64,000 nucleotides of DNA from Eledone cirrhosa (taxonomy: Eukaryota). The stretch is taken from NCBI GenBank assembly GCA_964016885.1, contig OZ024742.1, forward strand, positions 136,276,001 to 136,340,000. The letters run 5' to 3'. Below are positions 1 to 15,560 of this stretch, in pieces. Position 1 is the first letter of the stretch, and every line of letters begins with the position of its first letter. The translations under genes were made by a program, and so were the position numbers. The notes under the pieces are model-generated. The model searched no databases, was not told the DNA's origin, and saw only the letters and a list, made by a program, of their open reading frames with translations.

Positions 1-309
1 TATACGCATATACATAACACCTACTGACACAAATATATTAAATATATATATACGTGTATGTATGTATACATACACATAAACACATATACACCCGCATACT
101 TACATACATTGATACATACATATGTACTCAGACGCACACACACACACACACATACACACTGACTGACCGACAGACAGACAAACAGATAGAAATCTTTCAA
201 AAGGAAATACAATTTTGATGTTGCTTCTCAGGTCTGTATCATCTTGTTTTATTTCCCATCCCCATTGTTTCAACCTCCAAACAAATGGTTAATTCATTCA
301 TATATCATT

Positions 310-310
<1 letters not shown>

Positions 311-352
<42 letters not shown>

Positions 353-361
353 GTGTGTGTG
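311..361. repeat. (GT)n microsatellite
   Basis: Direct read; representative of dozens of (CA)n/(TA)n/(TC)n tracts in the window. Confidence 0.95.
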
Positions 362-916
362 AAGAGGTGGACTAGCCATATAGGTATTTGAGTATTGCCC
401 TGTGTTAAAAAAAAATTGAATAAATGGCTGTTGAAAATCCTGTTAACCCTGTTGTCACCAATCCGACTGTAACCACCTCTGGTTCTATGATACAAAAGTG
501 CTTGTGTTACGTGTTTACGTTTATGTAAAATCTTTTTTATCATAATTTTTTGTAAGAACTTATAATTTTTGCTCCAAATATCAGCTTTATTATCACACAC
601 CTACACTATTAAATCCCCTCAAATTTTTGATTATTTTCAAATTTATTTGAAGAATGTCATTAGATATATTGTAATGAAAGGCCTTTCTGATAAGGTAACG
701 AGTAGTTGGATCGGTTTTAAGACCCACATCTGCTTTTGTTTGTATGTGCGTTCATGTTTTCCTGATTTTATTTTCACCATCGCTTTATTGACGACTCAAA
801 CCAACTAACTACACACGCATACACATATATAAAAACATATTCATGCACGCATATCCACACGTATCTGTACACACGATATACATTATAAACAATAATCTGA
901 GACAGGAAAATTGTTA

Positions 917-978
917 GCCAGTTGTAGAATAACTTACTAGGAGGACAGCCAGTTGTAGAATAGCTTACTAGGAGGACG
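917..978. repeat. 31-bp tandem duplication
   Basis: AGCCAGTTGTAGAATA(A/G)CTTACTAGGAGGAC occurs twice. Confidence 0.85.
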
Positions 979-3496
979 GTTGAACTACAAATTATCTGAG
1001 ACGAGACTATAAATAGATTTAATCAGCATTGCCCTTCTCTCAAATATAATCAATTTTGCCCTTCCTCCAAATTTGTTGGACTTGTCTAAATACGATATCA
1101 ATAGAAATCAATATAGACAAAAAGAGAGCAGGAATTTAGCTGTTGATTCTAACGAGGGACGTGATTTATTAGATGGCAACTGTATTGGCTCATTAGATTT
1201 AGGGTAGAATGTTTGTATGAGTGAGTAGCAGCATAGTCCAAAATATGTGGGCAGTAGTGTGTGCAGTGCCCCCTGTGATTTGTAGATGCTACTGAGCATT
1301 AATGACGCAAAAAAGGCCTTTAATGTTAATGGCTAAAAGATAGGAGGAAATCATACATCCTCCGAGAATAGTATCTGACATTTGTGGGCGGAGTAGTGTC
1401 CCTTAAGTCGACCGCAAAATACTTCACTGATGCTTATTTGATCGACCTGGTGGGATTTAAACTAAACCGCATAAATATTTCGCTAACAAAACGGACGCAA
1501 TTAAAGTAAATACCGTAAGACTTAAAATCTCCGCTCAATTGATCTGGCAAACAGAGCCCAAATAATGATAATGATTTACAACACACCCACAAGTGTTATT
1601 GAGGGAGATTATAAGTAGACTATAAGGCAGACAATTGGCAGAGTTGTTAGGGACTCGTATTAAATGCGTCGGAATTTGTTTGGGCACACTATCCTTTGAG
1701 TTCAAGTTCAGTTCTGTGGTCAACACACATACTCACTCTTTTTCTGTCTCGCTTTAGACGCTCCTGCAACATCAACAGGAGTTAAGAATCAAAAGAAGAA
1801 AATAGATTACACCTATTCAGTACGTGACCGGTACATACAGGCCAGACTAGGCGAGGCTATGCGGGATGCAGTTGGCACAGGCCTACAGTTTTCAGAAGGT
1901 GGAGATATTTTACTTTGGTGTTTATAAGTACATTATCGGAATCCATGCATACATGTATTTAGCACCGATTAATTAGAATACGTACAACCAGTTTCGAATG
2001 GTGCTTACATTTCACACCTGGTCTGGGTATATTACCAGCTTTGCATGGCACTCGAAAACATGTAACAGTTCACACGCGTTACGTTTTTGATTTCTGATGG
2101 TTTGAACCTTTACTTTAGTATATAATTGAAGTGAGCTGTTTATATGCATGCATGGTTGCGTGTATATACTCTCCGACATCACACATATATAAAGTACAAG
2201 TGTGTGTATATATATTAGTATACATTATATATAAATATGGGTAGGATGCAACTATATGTATATAATTAGGGATATGTATATATGTAAGGGAGAGAGAGAG
2301 AAAAGGAACGTAGACACACCGCAATATATCAAGATTCATACCTACCCCCTTCTTCTTACGTACTTACACCCACTACCACCGATCATTTGCCACCCAAAAT
2401 CTCTGCCATGAGCCATGCGATATATTTTGTTATTAATTGACTAAGAAAAATTGGGTGGTTGGCAAAGCGACGAACTCTATGCTCTGGAAATACTTATGAT
2501 TATAGGTAGGTAGAGATATAGTGTACTGGAGAGAAACGTTGGTTTGGTAATGGGTGGTGGTGAAGTTATTTGTGATTATGATCGAGGGTGATGGAGAGGG
2601 CTTCTTACTGATAGTGTGGCGACATCTCAATTACTTACTTATCAGTTGCTGCTGCTACTTCTACTACTATCATCATTATTATTCATAAGTGGATAGCTAT
2701 CGCACCCTAACGAAAGTGTTGACTGCTTGCCATCCAACTTACTTTAATAATCTTTCCCATCATCCCCCCCCATTTGAACAACTCATATGGTGGTGTGTGT
2801 GTATCTGTGGTTTTGTGATTATGGCTTCGTCACAAAATCCACTGCAGACGTTTGTTCTGTATTTTGAGCAGTACATACACTCAATGCCAGATTATTTTAG
2901 TGTGGAGTTATATTATAAAAAGACTCTGATTGCTACGAGTTGAATCCGATACTACATACACTTAAAGGCGACCAATTGGCAGAGCCGTTCGGGTTGTGGG
3001 ATTAGATGCCTGGATTTTTGATTTGGCTTCCTGCGTTCTGATTTCAAATCCCTACTAAGTTATCTTTGCCTGTTATTGGTACCAGTTTGTATCGAAGTGC
3101 TACCTGGGATAGTATGTTATCTTATCCCAGGAGGAATTCATTCTTCAAACGAAGCTATAAAACCGGTGTTCAGCAATAGTAACCCTCACATTTTTCTTCT
3201 GAGCTGAGGAAACACATGCTATCTGTACATGCATAGATACCTACATATATACATTCATATTATGATCAATGCGTATGTGTCTGTGTGTGCATGCCAGCCT
3301 AGAGGGAGCGGTCAAATGGGCTAGTTGCTATGAACCTAAGATTTGAGGGGTTCAATTGCTTCAATTTCTAATTCTTTTATTCTGTTGGAGTATATCATGT
3401 ATACTAGATGCCCTACACCTGTAGTTCATACACAAATCATGCATTTTACACTAATTATTAAACTATTGGGAAGCAGTTTGAAATGGGATCAGCTCT

Positions 3497-3604
3497 ATCC
3501 CGCCGAGGTTAACTTTGCTTTCATCCTTACGGGGCCGATAAAATAAAGTACCTGTAATGCACTGGGTATTTGCTGGCCTTGTGCCAAAAGTAGAAACAAT
3601 TATT
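3497..3604 (+). mobile_element. SINE family B (Nin/Deu-like domain), 3' part
   Basis: Matches 32199-32388: ATCCCGCCGAGGTTAACTTTGCTTTCATCCTTACGGGG...AGTAGAAACAATTAT. Confidence 0.8.
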
Positions 3605-3895
3605 AGCTGGGGAGCTGGGCTTACATTTCATAGTTGGCTCAGGCACATTTCCACATTTCATAACTGACCTGAGCCAATTACCAGCTCCGTACGGCTTTTG
3701 TATGTGATTGAGCAGATGTAGTATGAATAGACATGCTTGTTCATATAAAGTTGATGCCTATGGCGTGCAAAATGATTTTCACATATATTATCGTGTCATT
3801 ATCTAACCACATAGACGTACATTATTAAAGCATGCCAACAGAGACAGTCTACATACATACACAGATACATATATACATACGCTTACATACACACA

Positions 3896-3947
<52 letters not shown>

Positions 3948-5187
3948 TACATGCAAAACTTGCAGCAAAATTTGAATATAAGCTGTGAAAACAGCAAACA
4001 TGCCCATTCTATTTTAAATGACACACATTCGTAAACAAACATTTCCCAATATATGTGAAAAGCGGCAGCCTGTACCGAAGATATTAGTCTACTAGTGAAG
4101 CAAAGGCTTTTTTTTTATTGCCTGCATGTTACCCTTATTTATTTATTTATTTAAATATTTATTTCACCATATTTTCAGATGCGTTTTCTCAATGCCTATA
4201 GTTTTTACTTTCAACTTTGGTTTTGTTGTTGCTTCTGTTTTGTCAATTTAGGTTATGGCTCCCTCGTGTTCACTATCTGAGGAAAGACGTGTCTGTTTTT
4301 AAAACTATAAACAAAAATTCAAATATTGAAATGACCTAAATTAATGATTACCACACACTCTCTCCAGCTCTCTCTCTCTCCCTCGTTTATAAAGACACGA
4401 CATGTTTCTAGGAACTTTGTTGTTTCAAACAAGCTACAAAAGTCTCACAAGGATATATGAAAAAACAAAATAAAAAAAACAAAGCAAAACTAGTTTAAAC
4501 ACGAACATAATAGTTTCTAATTTTGACAAAAGGCCAGCAATTTTATGGTGATAGGAGAATATCGATTGATTCGAAAGCAATATTTGATGTTTATTTTATT
4601 TTATCGACCCAAGAAGTTGACTTCAGCGGGATATGAACTCAGACCACAAAAGGGGGTAACTAAATTTTAAAAAGTATTTTGTAACAACACTCAAACGATG
4701 CTGCCATTCTACCACCCAAACCATGCCTCTAATCACACATGGCAAAAAAAGAAAGGCCGTTCGACCCCCCCCCTCTCTACACATACACGTGTGTGTGTGT
4801 GTATATATAGTGTGTGTGTAGAGAGAGACAGTGATCCTTAATGTGGCATTAGACAAAAATAGGTTTTATACTTTTAAACCCCCTTTTCATAGAATTAGAA
4901 ATAAAATGAAACATTGTGTCCTACATAAAAAAGCTTCTGTATATTAAGAAAATATTTCAACATTGGCGCCAGTACTTAAGGATCATTGAGACATAGTAGC
5001 ATTATCGCTTCATCTCCCCCTCCCCAACTCCTCTTTCCTTTGCTCTTATCCTATTTGCCCTCCATCAAATATTGTGTCCCATTGTTATTTCTATGATTGT
5101 ATTATATCCTCATTTCATCAGTCCGCTAGTTCATATGTATTTATATACACATATAAATGTCTGTGTAGATGTTTAGGTGAACAAACA

Positions 5188-5227
<40 letters not shown>

Positions 5228-6179
5228 TTTATATAACTATACATGTCTGTTGTGATTGTCGGTGGGAAAGCGAAACTTGGTGTGTAGTTAGTTACTATCG
5301 TGGTCTCTCTCTCTCTCTCTCACACACATACACTGTATTTTTCTTTCAACATGTCATATGGAAAAACAATAGTTTCGTTTTACGAACATTTCGGGTGACG
5401 AACGTCCTTCAGGAAAGAATTAAGTTTGTATTGCCTTTCTCATTTAACCCCCTCCCCCTCTCTCCGCTTATGGCCACCAACTCAATCGTATTTCTATCAT
5501 GTATTTCCTCCGGCAAATCTATAAGGACAAACATCCCGTTTACCTCATGGTAGATCCTATATACCGTCATTCCCCACAACAATGGTTACCTAACCTTAAA
5601 AATACTCCCTTGACCGCCGTACAATGTTCGACCCCAACATCCCTAATTTCTCCTGAGTGGCTGAAATCGTGTTTACACTCAATTGCTTGTTCTTTTTATG
5701 GGGCCTTCTATCAGCATATTACTGAGAGAGATCTCATCTACAAAACCTGTTTGTTAGTTACGCTGTGTCCCACACACCTACTGCCGGTTTACCCAACCAA
5801 CCCTAATGCCACACAACTCTATTCAAGTCACTTTACTGTCTTGCCTGCGAAAACACTCAACTCTATCATTTTTGGCAAATCATTCTGACCTTCTCCAACG
5901 TTTCTTTTAAGTCTTTTGATATCTCTGTTTTTATTGACATCCCCGCTCACATAGATTTCACCTCACCCACCATATCACACCGAATCTGCTATCCCTTTTT
6001 TACAATATATATATATATATATATATCGTCTACGCTGCTTTTGTAGCTGAAATTCAGATATCGATGAATAATCGTATCGCAAGGCGCACTACTTCATACA
6101 ACATGGTTATTCCCAATCAGCCATTGACACTGCCCTACATCCCATACCACATATTCGCCCATCCTTTTTCTCCTCTCTA

Positions 6180-7050
6180 TGGAACTCCTGTCTTCTCTAA
6201 TCTAGACCGCCACTCTCCATATCTCCTCTGAATCCAACTCGCTTCGTTCAGACCGCATATTGTTTGATCATCTAGTCTATAGTTTTCTTGGCAAACCCTA
6301 CCTGGATGTTTGCCTTGCTCTCTCTCCGCTACAACGCTACTCCTTTCATCCAGAACCTCCCACACTACAAGTATCTGACTCATATTTACATATCACCAAG
6401 AACATTATTTACTGCATAAACCTCAAACTCTGCAGCTTGTATGTTGGAAGAAACCTTTGTGGCATCTAGTTTAATTTGTGACTTAAATCCTACCTGAACT
6501 CCACTATCTCTGGTGTTGTTTCACACCATGGAACTCATATCTTGCATCGTCAGCGGCAATTGATTTTCCGTCTAAACAGCCTGCCCAGCTGGGATTAATA
6601 ATCGTGTTATCGTTCTCTAATAACACTACCCTCCTTTCCTTAACACCCCCACACACTTATAAGTGCCCTCCTGTGCACTTCAAACCCGACCTCCATCATA
6701 CATCCATTACTCCTGCCCCATATGTGCACATTACCCTTTTACCACGCACACACATCTGGTATGCTTTGTTCATACCACCCGCACAGTAGCGCGTTACATT
6801 ATCACTTTCCTCCTCCATATATCAGAAAGCGTACATACATACATGGCATCACTCTTATCTCCCTTGGTTCTCATTCTTTTGGCTGGAAACACTGTTCTGC
6901 TATATCCATTTATTTTTTCATCCATATTTTTTTCTTTAATGCTTACGACGACGGATCATGATCTGAAATGTTGAACTCTCCGCGTCATTTTTCCTCAACG
7001 TAATTACACAGGGAATTCTTGGTCACTGTTATTATAATTTTTCGTCAATA
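6180..7050 (+). mobile_element. Degenerate Penelope-like element 3' remnant (GIY-YIG endonuclease)
   Basis: Translation TKNIIYCINLKLCSLYVG resembles a GIY-YIG motif. A decayed hammerhead-like motif (ACGACGA CGGATC AT GATCT GAAATGTTG) lies at about 6944-6973. Confidence 0.55.
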
Positions 7051-7097
7051 CTTTCGTTTACCTTTATGTTTATATGCATGTATAGGTGCAAGCATAA

Positions 7098-7278
7098 TAA
7101 TTGTTTCTACTTTTGGCACAAGGCCAGCAATTACCCAGTGCATTACTGGTACTTTAGTTTATCGACTCCGTAAGGATGAAAAGCAAACTTAACCTCGGCG
7201 GGATTTGAACTCAGAATGGAAAGGGCCACAACTCTATGCGTCAAAGCATGGCGTCCGACCCTCTACCGATACTGCCAA
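7098..7278 (-). mobile_element. SINE family B
   Basis: Reverse-complement match to 32199-32388. Confidence 0.85.
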
Positions 7279-8583
7279 GCATAATACTGGACATGTGTTT
7301 GTTTACTATAGACTCGGATGGATTTATCTGTAATTCAAATGGCTAACTTTGTCACACATTTCGTCACGCTTACTTTGTCTGAGGTTTGCGTTAAGATATA
7401 TACGTGTCTGTGGATACGTATAACTATCGCTTATACTCTGATACAATAATTAGTTTGTTAAATTGATTGAAAAACTGTAGTACTCATTGTCGAACCCAAT
7501 AGAAGGCCCATTTATATTTTCTATGTATACACTAACGCACAAAAGACTTGCAAATTCAAACGACTGGGACGCTGGAAGCAGTGTTTGAGGACTCTGCCCT
7601 AGCAACCCTCCTAGAAATAGTGGGCAAAGAAGAGGAATAGTTTATTTGTTGAGTAATTAAATGCAACAATTTTTACTAGCAACTACTAATTTGTATTTTC
7701 TGCCACCCCATCACCCTTCACTATCCAATGAATCCTTACCTCTATGTCCCACATAGATTGCCCCTCTTAATTCTACCAAATCTCCCCAGGTGGTGGTACC
7801 ACCCACTTAGTGAATCCCTGTTATAGATTATATCTTCTATTTGATAGACCAAACTGGCTTAGAATAGTAATAATTATTCTCACCATTGTCATAAGGATAT
7901 TTTTCTTGTATTATATAGTTAGCTTATATCTTAACATTAGCTTGAACTATTTAGATAGTAGATTAAATATACTCTAACATTTTACTGCGCCACATGAAAT
8001 AAGAAGTAAAAGTCGAACCTTGACAACATTTGAACGCACAGTACGTAACTAAATATCATACAAGACAACATAATTGGACACGCTATCGTTTCTGCAACTT
8101 AAACAATCTTCTTATTCCTGTAATATTAATCGGAGCAGTAGAGGTCGTAAAATGCCTTATTTACAAACCCATACCCAACTACTACCAACACAACTTGCTT
8201 TCTCTTAAGAAGCTTGCACCCAATACATTTTAAGTACGTATTATCTTGGCATTTGAAGAGTGATGTCTTTATTCAGGTTTAGGAGGGGATTGTGGGGATT
8301 GTTGCTACATTTTAGTTATGCTTGAAAAAGCAACATGTTTAATATAAAGTGATGGCTGTTAAAAATCTAGTTGTCATTGTAATTTTTAATCCCTTTTCTC
8401 TTTTCTAAATTTGAAATTGACACATACAAAAGCAAATTGTACTATTATTCTTACGAATAATTTTTTTGTTCTTTAACTTTAATCGTTTTTATCCCAAGGG
8501 GATTAAAATATCTGACTTAAAACGAATTAATTGCTGGCTATGAATTGCATCGTGCTGTTACTACTACTAGTAATAATAATAAT

Positions 8584-8872
8584 AATTGTTTCTACTTTTG
8601 GCACAAGGCCAGCAATGGCTCAGTACATTACTGGTACTTTATTTATTTTATCGACCCCGTAAGGATGAAAGGCAAACTTAACCTCGGCGGGATTTGAACT
8701 CAGTCTGTAAAGGGACGTAACTATGCTGGAAAGCATGGCGCCCGACTCTCTACCGATACTGCCAATCCATAAATAATAATAATAATTGTTTCTACTATTG
8801 GCACAAGGCCAGCAATTATCCCAGTGCATTACTGGTACTTTATTTATCGACCCCGTAAGGATAAAAGGCAAT
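8584..8872 (-). mobile_element. SINE family B: near-full copy (8584-8770) plus tandem 3' fragment (8784-8872), with (TTA)n tails
   Basis: Reverse-complement match to 32199-32388. Confidence 0.85.
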
Positions 8873-11569
8873 TCTTTATTGACCACAAGGGTTTACAAAA
8901 GAATAACATTGAGGACATTACATGACGGTACATATAGGGGTTTCTGCGTGGAAAAACACAAAATAAAAACAAAGGAGGTAACAAAAGAAAATTCCCAAAT
9001 GAGGGGGAACTTCTGTAGGTCATTCGTGGAGAAAGGCCACAAACATCCACAGTCACCCTGACCGCCAGGGCAAATGCCCTCTCCCAGGTATCTTTCAATC
9101 TATAGGCACACGTTCAAGATATTTTGAATATAACTACTAATTCTTTCCAGTAATAATGGCTTTTAATTTAAGCACAAGGCCAACAAATTTAGTGAAAAGG
9201 GGAAGTTGATTACACCAACCTCAATGCTTTGGACGGCAAAGTTCACCTTGGGGGAATTGGAACCAGAACAGCATGACATAATGAAATACAAGCTTGTTTC
9301 GGTGGGGGATTTGAGTTTCACTCAAAATTTGATCGCATATCTTTATTCGATATTTTCCTGCATCACAAACGTAACAGAGGTTACAAACACATCTGTACAT
9401 AAACAGTAATAAATCACGATTGCCTCAATCGATCATGTTGAAACATGTATGTACGTGCAGCCAAAGTCATAACCAACACGCCGCCTATATAAATCGAGAT
9501 GCTGTGTAACAATGTTGTACACAGGAAAATCAGTACCCTTACTTTTGGGACAAACATCGAACTGCAAAGCCGTTCGTCCAACATACTAACAATTCTGTAA
9601 ATCCACCGCACTTTTCCCCAATAATAATATAGGTAAAGTCGATTATACCGACCCGAGTACTTTACTGATATTTTATCCTATAACGTAATACATTTCATCC
9701 GATTTTGCTAATCCCCACCCCTACCCTACTTTTCCAATAATAATAGTCTATATTGTATTGATTTATCTATTCAATCTGATCCTACCAATAATCTTTTTTA
9801 CTACCACTCCCATGTTCTCAACAATTCTCTCTCTTCCAACTCTTTATCTCTCTCTTCCAACTCTTTATCTCTCTCTCTGTACCTGTCAGTTAAGATTTCT
9901 GTAATGTATTAACTTCCAAGAGTGTAAAAGTCTTGAAGTACTTTATTATTTTCCCTCTTTTAATTCTGCTCTTAAGGATAATACATTTGCTGCTGCCATA
10001 ACTACCACAACCCAACCACTCACACAATACTAATACTATTAATACTAATACAGCTGCTGCTGCTTTTAGTATTATTACTGATGATGACACTGGTGCTGTT
10101 AGGCATTTCAAATGATGCCGACGATGAAAATCCTTGTTGACACTTTAAAAAAGCGCAAAATGTATTAAGGCTGGATAGAAAAATAGAAAGAAACAAAGTA
10201 TATTTAAAAAATTAAGAAAAGCGCAGAAAGTAGAGCAAGCAACACAAAAAATAAGAGTTGGGAGTAAACAAGAAAGAAAGAATGATGAAATAAAAGGCAC
10301 TTAACATTCTGTGCATGATATAACATCAGATGGATTCGATTTCTATAATCCTCCAGCAAGCACATTGTTAGTTTTGAATAGACAGCTTTGGCAAAGCTGT
10401 GCCTAGCTGGTCGGAAATTGTTCTCTTACCATCATCATTATCTCCAATGTAATCAAAATCATCATATCCATCATAGTTATCATCATCTTCACATCTTTAC
10501 TGCTACCTATCATCACTACTCTCATAATTGTCATCATGGCATCCTCATTACTATCCATCACCACCACTAGGAACATGTTCTGCCTTCTCCTCTATATTGG
10601 CTACACTACCAGTAACCCCCACCACATTACAGTACCATCATCATCACCCTTATTTTCATTGCCATCATTGTCATCATCATCAACAACACAGCAATCATAA
10701 TTACGACAATCGCCATTACAGAAACAAGCAACTCTATCATTAACACCAGCATCACTTGAACTAGTGAAGGAGTCTCTGTATAGCTGCTCAAGCTATTAGA
10801 AATATCATCAAAATTTCTCTAAAAGTAGTTTCAATTGCTTTGAAAATGAAAGGGCACATTGAATAATGTAGTCTTAGATATACAAAAAGACAGCATTGTC
10901 TGTGTTGGGAAGACTTTGATAATGAGTAATGAGTCTGTATGATCAGAGCTGTCTTGGGGCTAAATAAGGACAACAACAACACTATCATCAATTTGATTTT
11001 CAATATCTTTACTGCTATAACATCATAGCTGTCAAGTTCATAATTCTCTTCACCTCAGCTATTGTCAACTATGCAGCTGTAGGTTGGTGGCAAGAAATGG
11101 GAGAAGGTATTTGTCTATAGTGTGTCAGGATAATATGGTGTTATATGTAGGGTGCTCCTGAATTACTCTATGCCCATCCCCTCACATTTTTCTTTTGTGG
11201 GGAGGGCTCATTTTTGTTGCTATTTATAGCTATCTATTATTGTGTCTTTGTTATTGTTGATCTCACCTTTTTACTCCAATGTAAATCTCCTACTGTTTCT
11301 TCTTATTGTTTTCTTTTGTGTTTTACCTTTGTACTATCTCCAACAACTTGGGCCCTTGTTCTCAATAAAAGAAGCCATCACCATCATAATCACTATCTAA
11401 TTCTCTATCACCATCATCATTGTATTCCACCACTGATATTATACTACCACTCCACAAATTTATCATTATTTCTATGATCTTCACCTGTTCTCAGCTCCAC
11501 CACCTTTGCCAACCTCTGCTATTTTTCTCACATTGTTTTTTCTTTTCAATTCTGATTTATTTCACATTC

Positions 11570-11930
11570 TATAGTGAAGCTTATTTCATATGTTGATTTT
11601 GTTTTTTGTTATAAAATTCCTGTTATTGGTGTTACTTGAAATGTCATCAGCTGTGTGTGTCTGTGATGTTTGCAAAACAGAAAATCATTCTGTAGGCACT
11701 TGTTCAATGTCTGAACATTGCTGACTTGTGGAAATTCAGAACAGATTTGGTTATTGAACAAGTCCATCATGATATTTGACCCACCACCTTCGTTTAGCTA
11801 AAAATGGTAGGCATTTTTCCTCCTCTGGTAGTTCTGCCAAAAGAAGAGATTGTGTAGCTGATACCACTGAAAAGAAAGGTGAAACTTTCCTCTTTGTCCA
11901 AAACCTCTCTCTTGGAAATTCTATTCAGAG
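11570..11930 (+). pseudogene. Possible old piggyBac-like transposase C-terminal remnant
   Basis: Broken frames give LWKFRTDLVIEQ and GRHFSSSGSSAKRRDCVA...KKGETFLF, reminiscent of the piggyBac C-terminus. Most cysteines are lost. Confidence 0.3.
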
Positions 11931-13171
11931 ATGAATGTAAAAATGGGGAAAGAGATGTTGTCTTCCACTAAATGTGTTGACAGTAACAAACATAGTCTGA
12001 TTAATATGCTTACTTTCAACATGTAACTGTGAGTGGAGGAATACTACTGGAAGAAGGTGTAGAGTCAGTAATTTTGAATCTGTCCTGGTCCTCACATTCA
12101 ATCATTGACTTTATTTATATCCTCTGCATAACATCACATATTTTATTTCATTCTATATTAGTACAAAACTCTACACAATTTTACAACCTCTCCTTCTAAA
12201 GTCTACTCATTTATCACCATGGTGGCAATATAGAAATTAGGATTGGCAGAATTGTTAGAGAATCATACAAAATGCCACATAGCATTTGTTTTGGCTCTTT
12301 ACATTGAGTTCAAACCCTAGGGTTAATAAAGTAAAAGACCAGTCAAGTACAGGATTTGATTTAATCAACTGTTCTCTCCAAATTTCTAGCCTCCTTCCTA
12401 AACTAGACATTAATATTATTACTCTTATTGTATATTTATTTATTATAGTTGTTGTAGTTCCTTGCTGTTGTTACATAATCCTCGGATTAGAAATTGCATT
12501 CAAAGTTGCTTGAAGCAAGAATATCTGTATTAGAATTATATATATATATGAGATAAATTTCTGTATATGTCTGTATCTGTCATAGATACAGATACATTTC
12601 TGTATGTGTCTGTATATGTGTGTACTCATATGTATGTATAATTTGCATGTGTGGAAATGTGAGTGAGTGTATCTAAATGGACAGGTTAATTTAATTGAAA
12701 GATATCATGTGAATATATGTATTTGTGCTGCATATAAGTATGATCATATTCATATCTAGGAATGATTGTGTGAAGAGTTTCATAAGTGAGGTTTCATTTA
12801 ACTAGCAATATAATATGAAATGCTGCTTTATGTATTAGATATTTCTTATGCAAGTATTTTCTCTAAGTGTTACAGTTAAATACAGACTTAGTGACCTGTG
12901 TGCAAGAGATGTTTGTTTGGACATAACTAATGTGGTCGTGATAGCATGAATAAATGTAATAGTTAAATTCTTTCTGAAGTTAGATGCATATATATACCCA
13001 TATATGAAATATACATATGCGTGTGTCTTTAATGTGTAAATAATATCAGACATGCAAAGTGATGTAAAATATATCTAATAAAAGAAAAGAACATTATTTG
13101 TTTATATAAAGATTTATGACCAAATTATATGCAAATGTAAACATTTTGTGGCCTTCTTGGGTCTTGGGGAG

Positions 13172-13680
13172 TCAGAATATTTCTACTAGGCACTCTATCT
13201 CTGGATCATAACAGTAGACCCATATCTTATCACAAATTGCCAGAGACCCAAGGACACTTGGATTTGGAGTGATCCACTTGAGCATCTCCCTGCTGCCATC
13301 AATGTACCTCTGCCTTTGATCTTCATTGAGTACCCTGCTTGTGCAATTTAAGATCATTATGAATGACTTTGTGCACCGTACTCTCGGCCACTTCCAAGTA
13401 TTTAGCAATTGTCAGAAGTGTTGCATGATGGTCCTTGTTCAGAAATTTGCTAATTTTATCGACCAACTTTGGTGTCCTGATGTCACTCTCCCTGCCACAT
13501 CTCTTGTCGTTCCTCAACTTCTCCCTGCTCTCCTGGAAACTCTTGTGCCAGCAGAAAACAGTCGCTTGACTCATGAAAGTTAGTCCATAAGCAGTTTTGA
13601 CCATTTCATAGACTTCTGCAGTGTGACACAAAACTTTATTGCATATTGAGCCTCCAAGTTGTCCTCACATCCTGACTGCA
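13172..13680 (-). mobile_element. Mariner (Tc1/mariner) transposase pseudogene, N-terminal half
   Basis: ORF 13323-13631 (EVYEMVKTAYG..MSQATVFCWHKSFQESREKLRNDKRCGR) resembles the mariner HTH region. The frameshifted continuation ...CDKIWVYCYDPE matches the GDETW..YDPE motif. Confidence 0.85.
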
Positions 13681-14374
13681 CTGTGGATTAAGTCAGCTGG
13701 GTCAAGATGTATATGACAGATAGTGTTTAAAATGCTGTAGTGGCCTGAACATTCAACGTGGAATAAAAAGATTTGGCTTGTTAGCTTATAATCATATCAA
13801 GGATGTATTAGAGTCTACCTCATATGCTCAACAAATCTGAATTAGGTAGAATGTATAATCTGTAAAAATTACACACGTATTTTCTTATGTTAATACATAA
13901 CAAGGATCTAAAAAAGGTATGTTTTCATTAATCTTCAGATACAATACAATCATATTGCTATATTTAGTTTGAAGTTATATGGACATATATATGGATACAG
14001 GAACTTTACACAATTTTATACATATGGACATGATTATGTATATAATTCTATAAAAGGATTTGTCTACTTGTGTGTATGTATGTTCATCATATTACATCAG
14101 AACGCACACACGCACACACATACTAATTAATAAATGAAATTGAGAAAACGGGTTTGTGAATAAAGGAATTTAGCAAGCAGAAATTGCATCTTCACCACCA
14201 GTAACATAAAAAAGCAGCAACAATAGTGTTATTATCTGTAACATCAGCAAAGTCAACTGCATCAGCAATATGCTTCTGATAACAGCTTAAATACCTTTTA
14301 GAATAGCAAAGGATTAAAAGGTGAATATATATGTATATACATATATGTGCACATACATCATTATGTATATACAT

Positions 14375-14420
<46 letters not shown>

Positions 14421-15159
14421 TACATACATGTGTGTTTGTCTGAGAGAGTGACAGATTATTGTAAATTGTAAGGTTTCATCAGATCTCAAACCTTCTTATG
14501 TACAAAAATGTATATACATATATTAGAAGATAAAGAGTGACATGTGCACATTTAGATTATTATTAATATTATTGTCGCATTCATCCATACAAACACAACT
14601 TAGACAGACAGAAAACTCACATATACTTATACATGTGTACATGCATATTGTCAAACATACAAGTATACTTGCATACATAGTCTTTCATATATACACAAAC
14701 ATAACTTTTTGCATGCAAACATATGTATTCGTATTGAGACACATATGTTTAACTTTCTGAACTATTTGTGTAATAAATGCTGAAGTTAAATCTTTGAGAA
14801 CTGTTCACTTTGCATTGATTGATATCTTTTACTGGTTTTGTATATAGGTTGCTATTAGATGTTTTTATTGTTTGATGTAGTTTTGACTGATTGATTGGAC
14901 ATATGTTTGGATTTTAAGCTATATTCCACCACCATCCTACCGCCACATAAACATGCCTTGGCAAAAGGAACCAAATAGAACAAAGTGTTTTGCTCAATAA
15001 TAAACTGCATCACCTAGTGTAAAATCAAACCAACAGACATATGATGCTGAACCCAATACCTTAACAACTAGGCTAAAGCATTTACTAGAAGTCTAGAGTA
15101 AATTGATTCCAAGAAATTGAACTAAATATAAAAGACATTTAATACTTCTCCTCCTCCTG

Positions 15160-15560
15160 TTCTTCCTTCAGAGAGAGTAAGGGAGAAGAGGCCCCAAACA
15201 CTCCTTCCAGTGGGTAGTGTCAGGAACCACCATCTCCACTTTATCTCCCTGGATCCCCAAGCAAGAGGAGTTGAGCTCATGGATACTATCCAACCATCTT
15301 GCTTGGGGTATACTCCTGAGTCTCCTGCCCTATGGCTTTGCCTGTACAATCTGTTCAGCAATGCTAACCACATGTTTGTATTATCAGAACTGCGATCTCT
15401 CAATTCAGAGAAGTAACAGCTCTACTTGGAAAGACTCTCTGAGCTACAGAGTATATACTGTAAAATTACACCAAAAACTCTTCAGAGGAACTCCATTTCA
15501 GTCACTTGTATTTGCTAGACACAACAACAATTCATTCCTACATGCTAAACTTTCTACTAT
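15160..15560 (-). mobile_element. Degenerate RTE-clade LINE (Rex3/Expander-like) 3' fragment
   Basis: Broken frames give IQVTEMEFL*RVFGV and ESLQVELLLL*IERSQ, typical of the RTE C-terminus. A related copy lies at 32740-33170. Confidence 0.6.

Noticed and set aside
10388-10743. His-rich ORFs
   Set aside because: Degenerate (CAT)n/(CAC)n simple repeats.
13917-13942. Minus-strand GUAU-CUGAAGA-UUAAU-GAAAAC-AUAC hammerhead-like string
   Set aside because: No helix II or III and no NUH cleavage triplet; probably chance.
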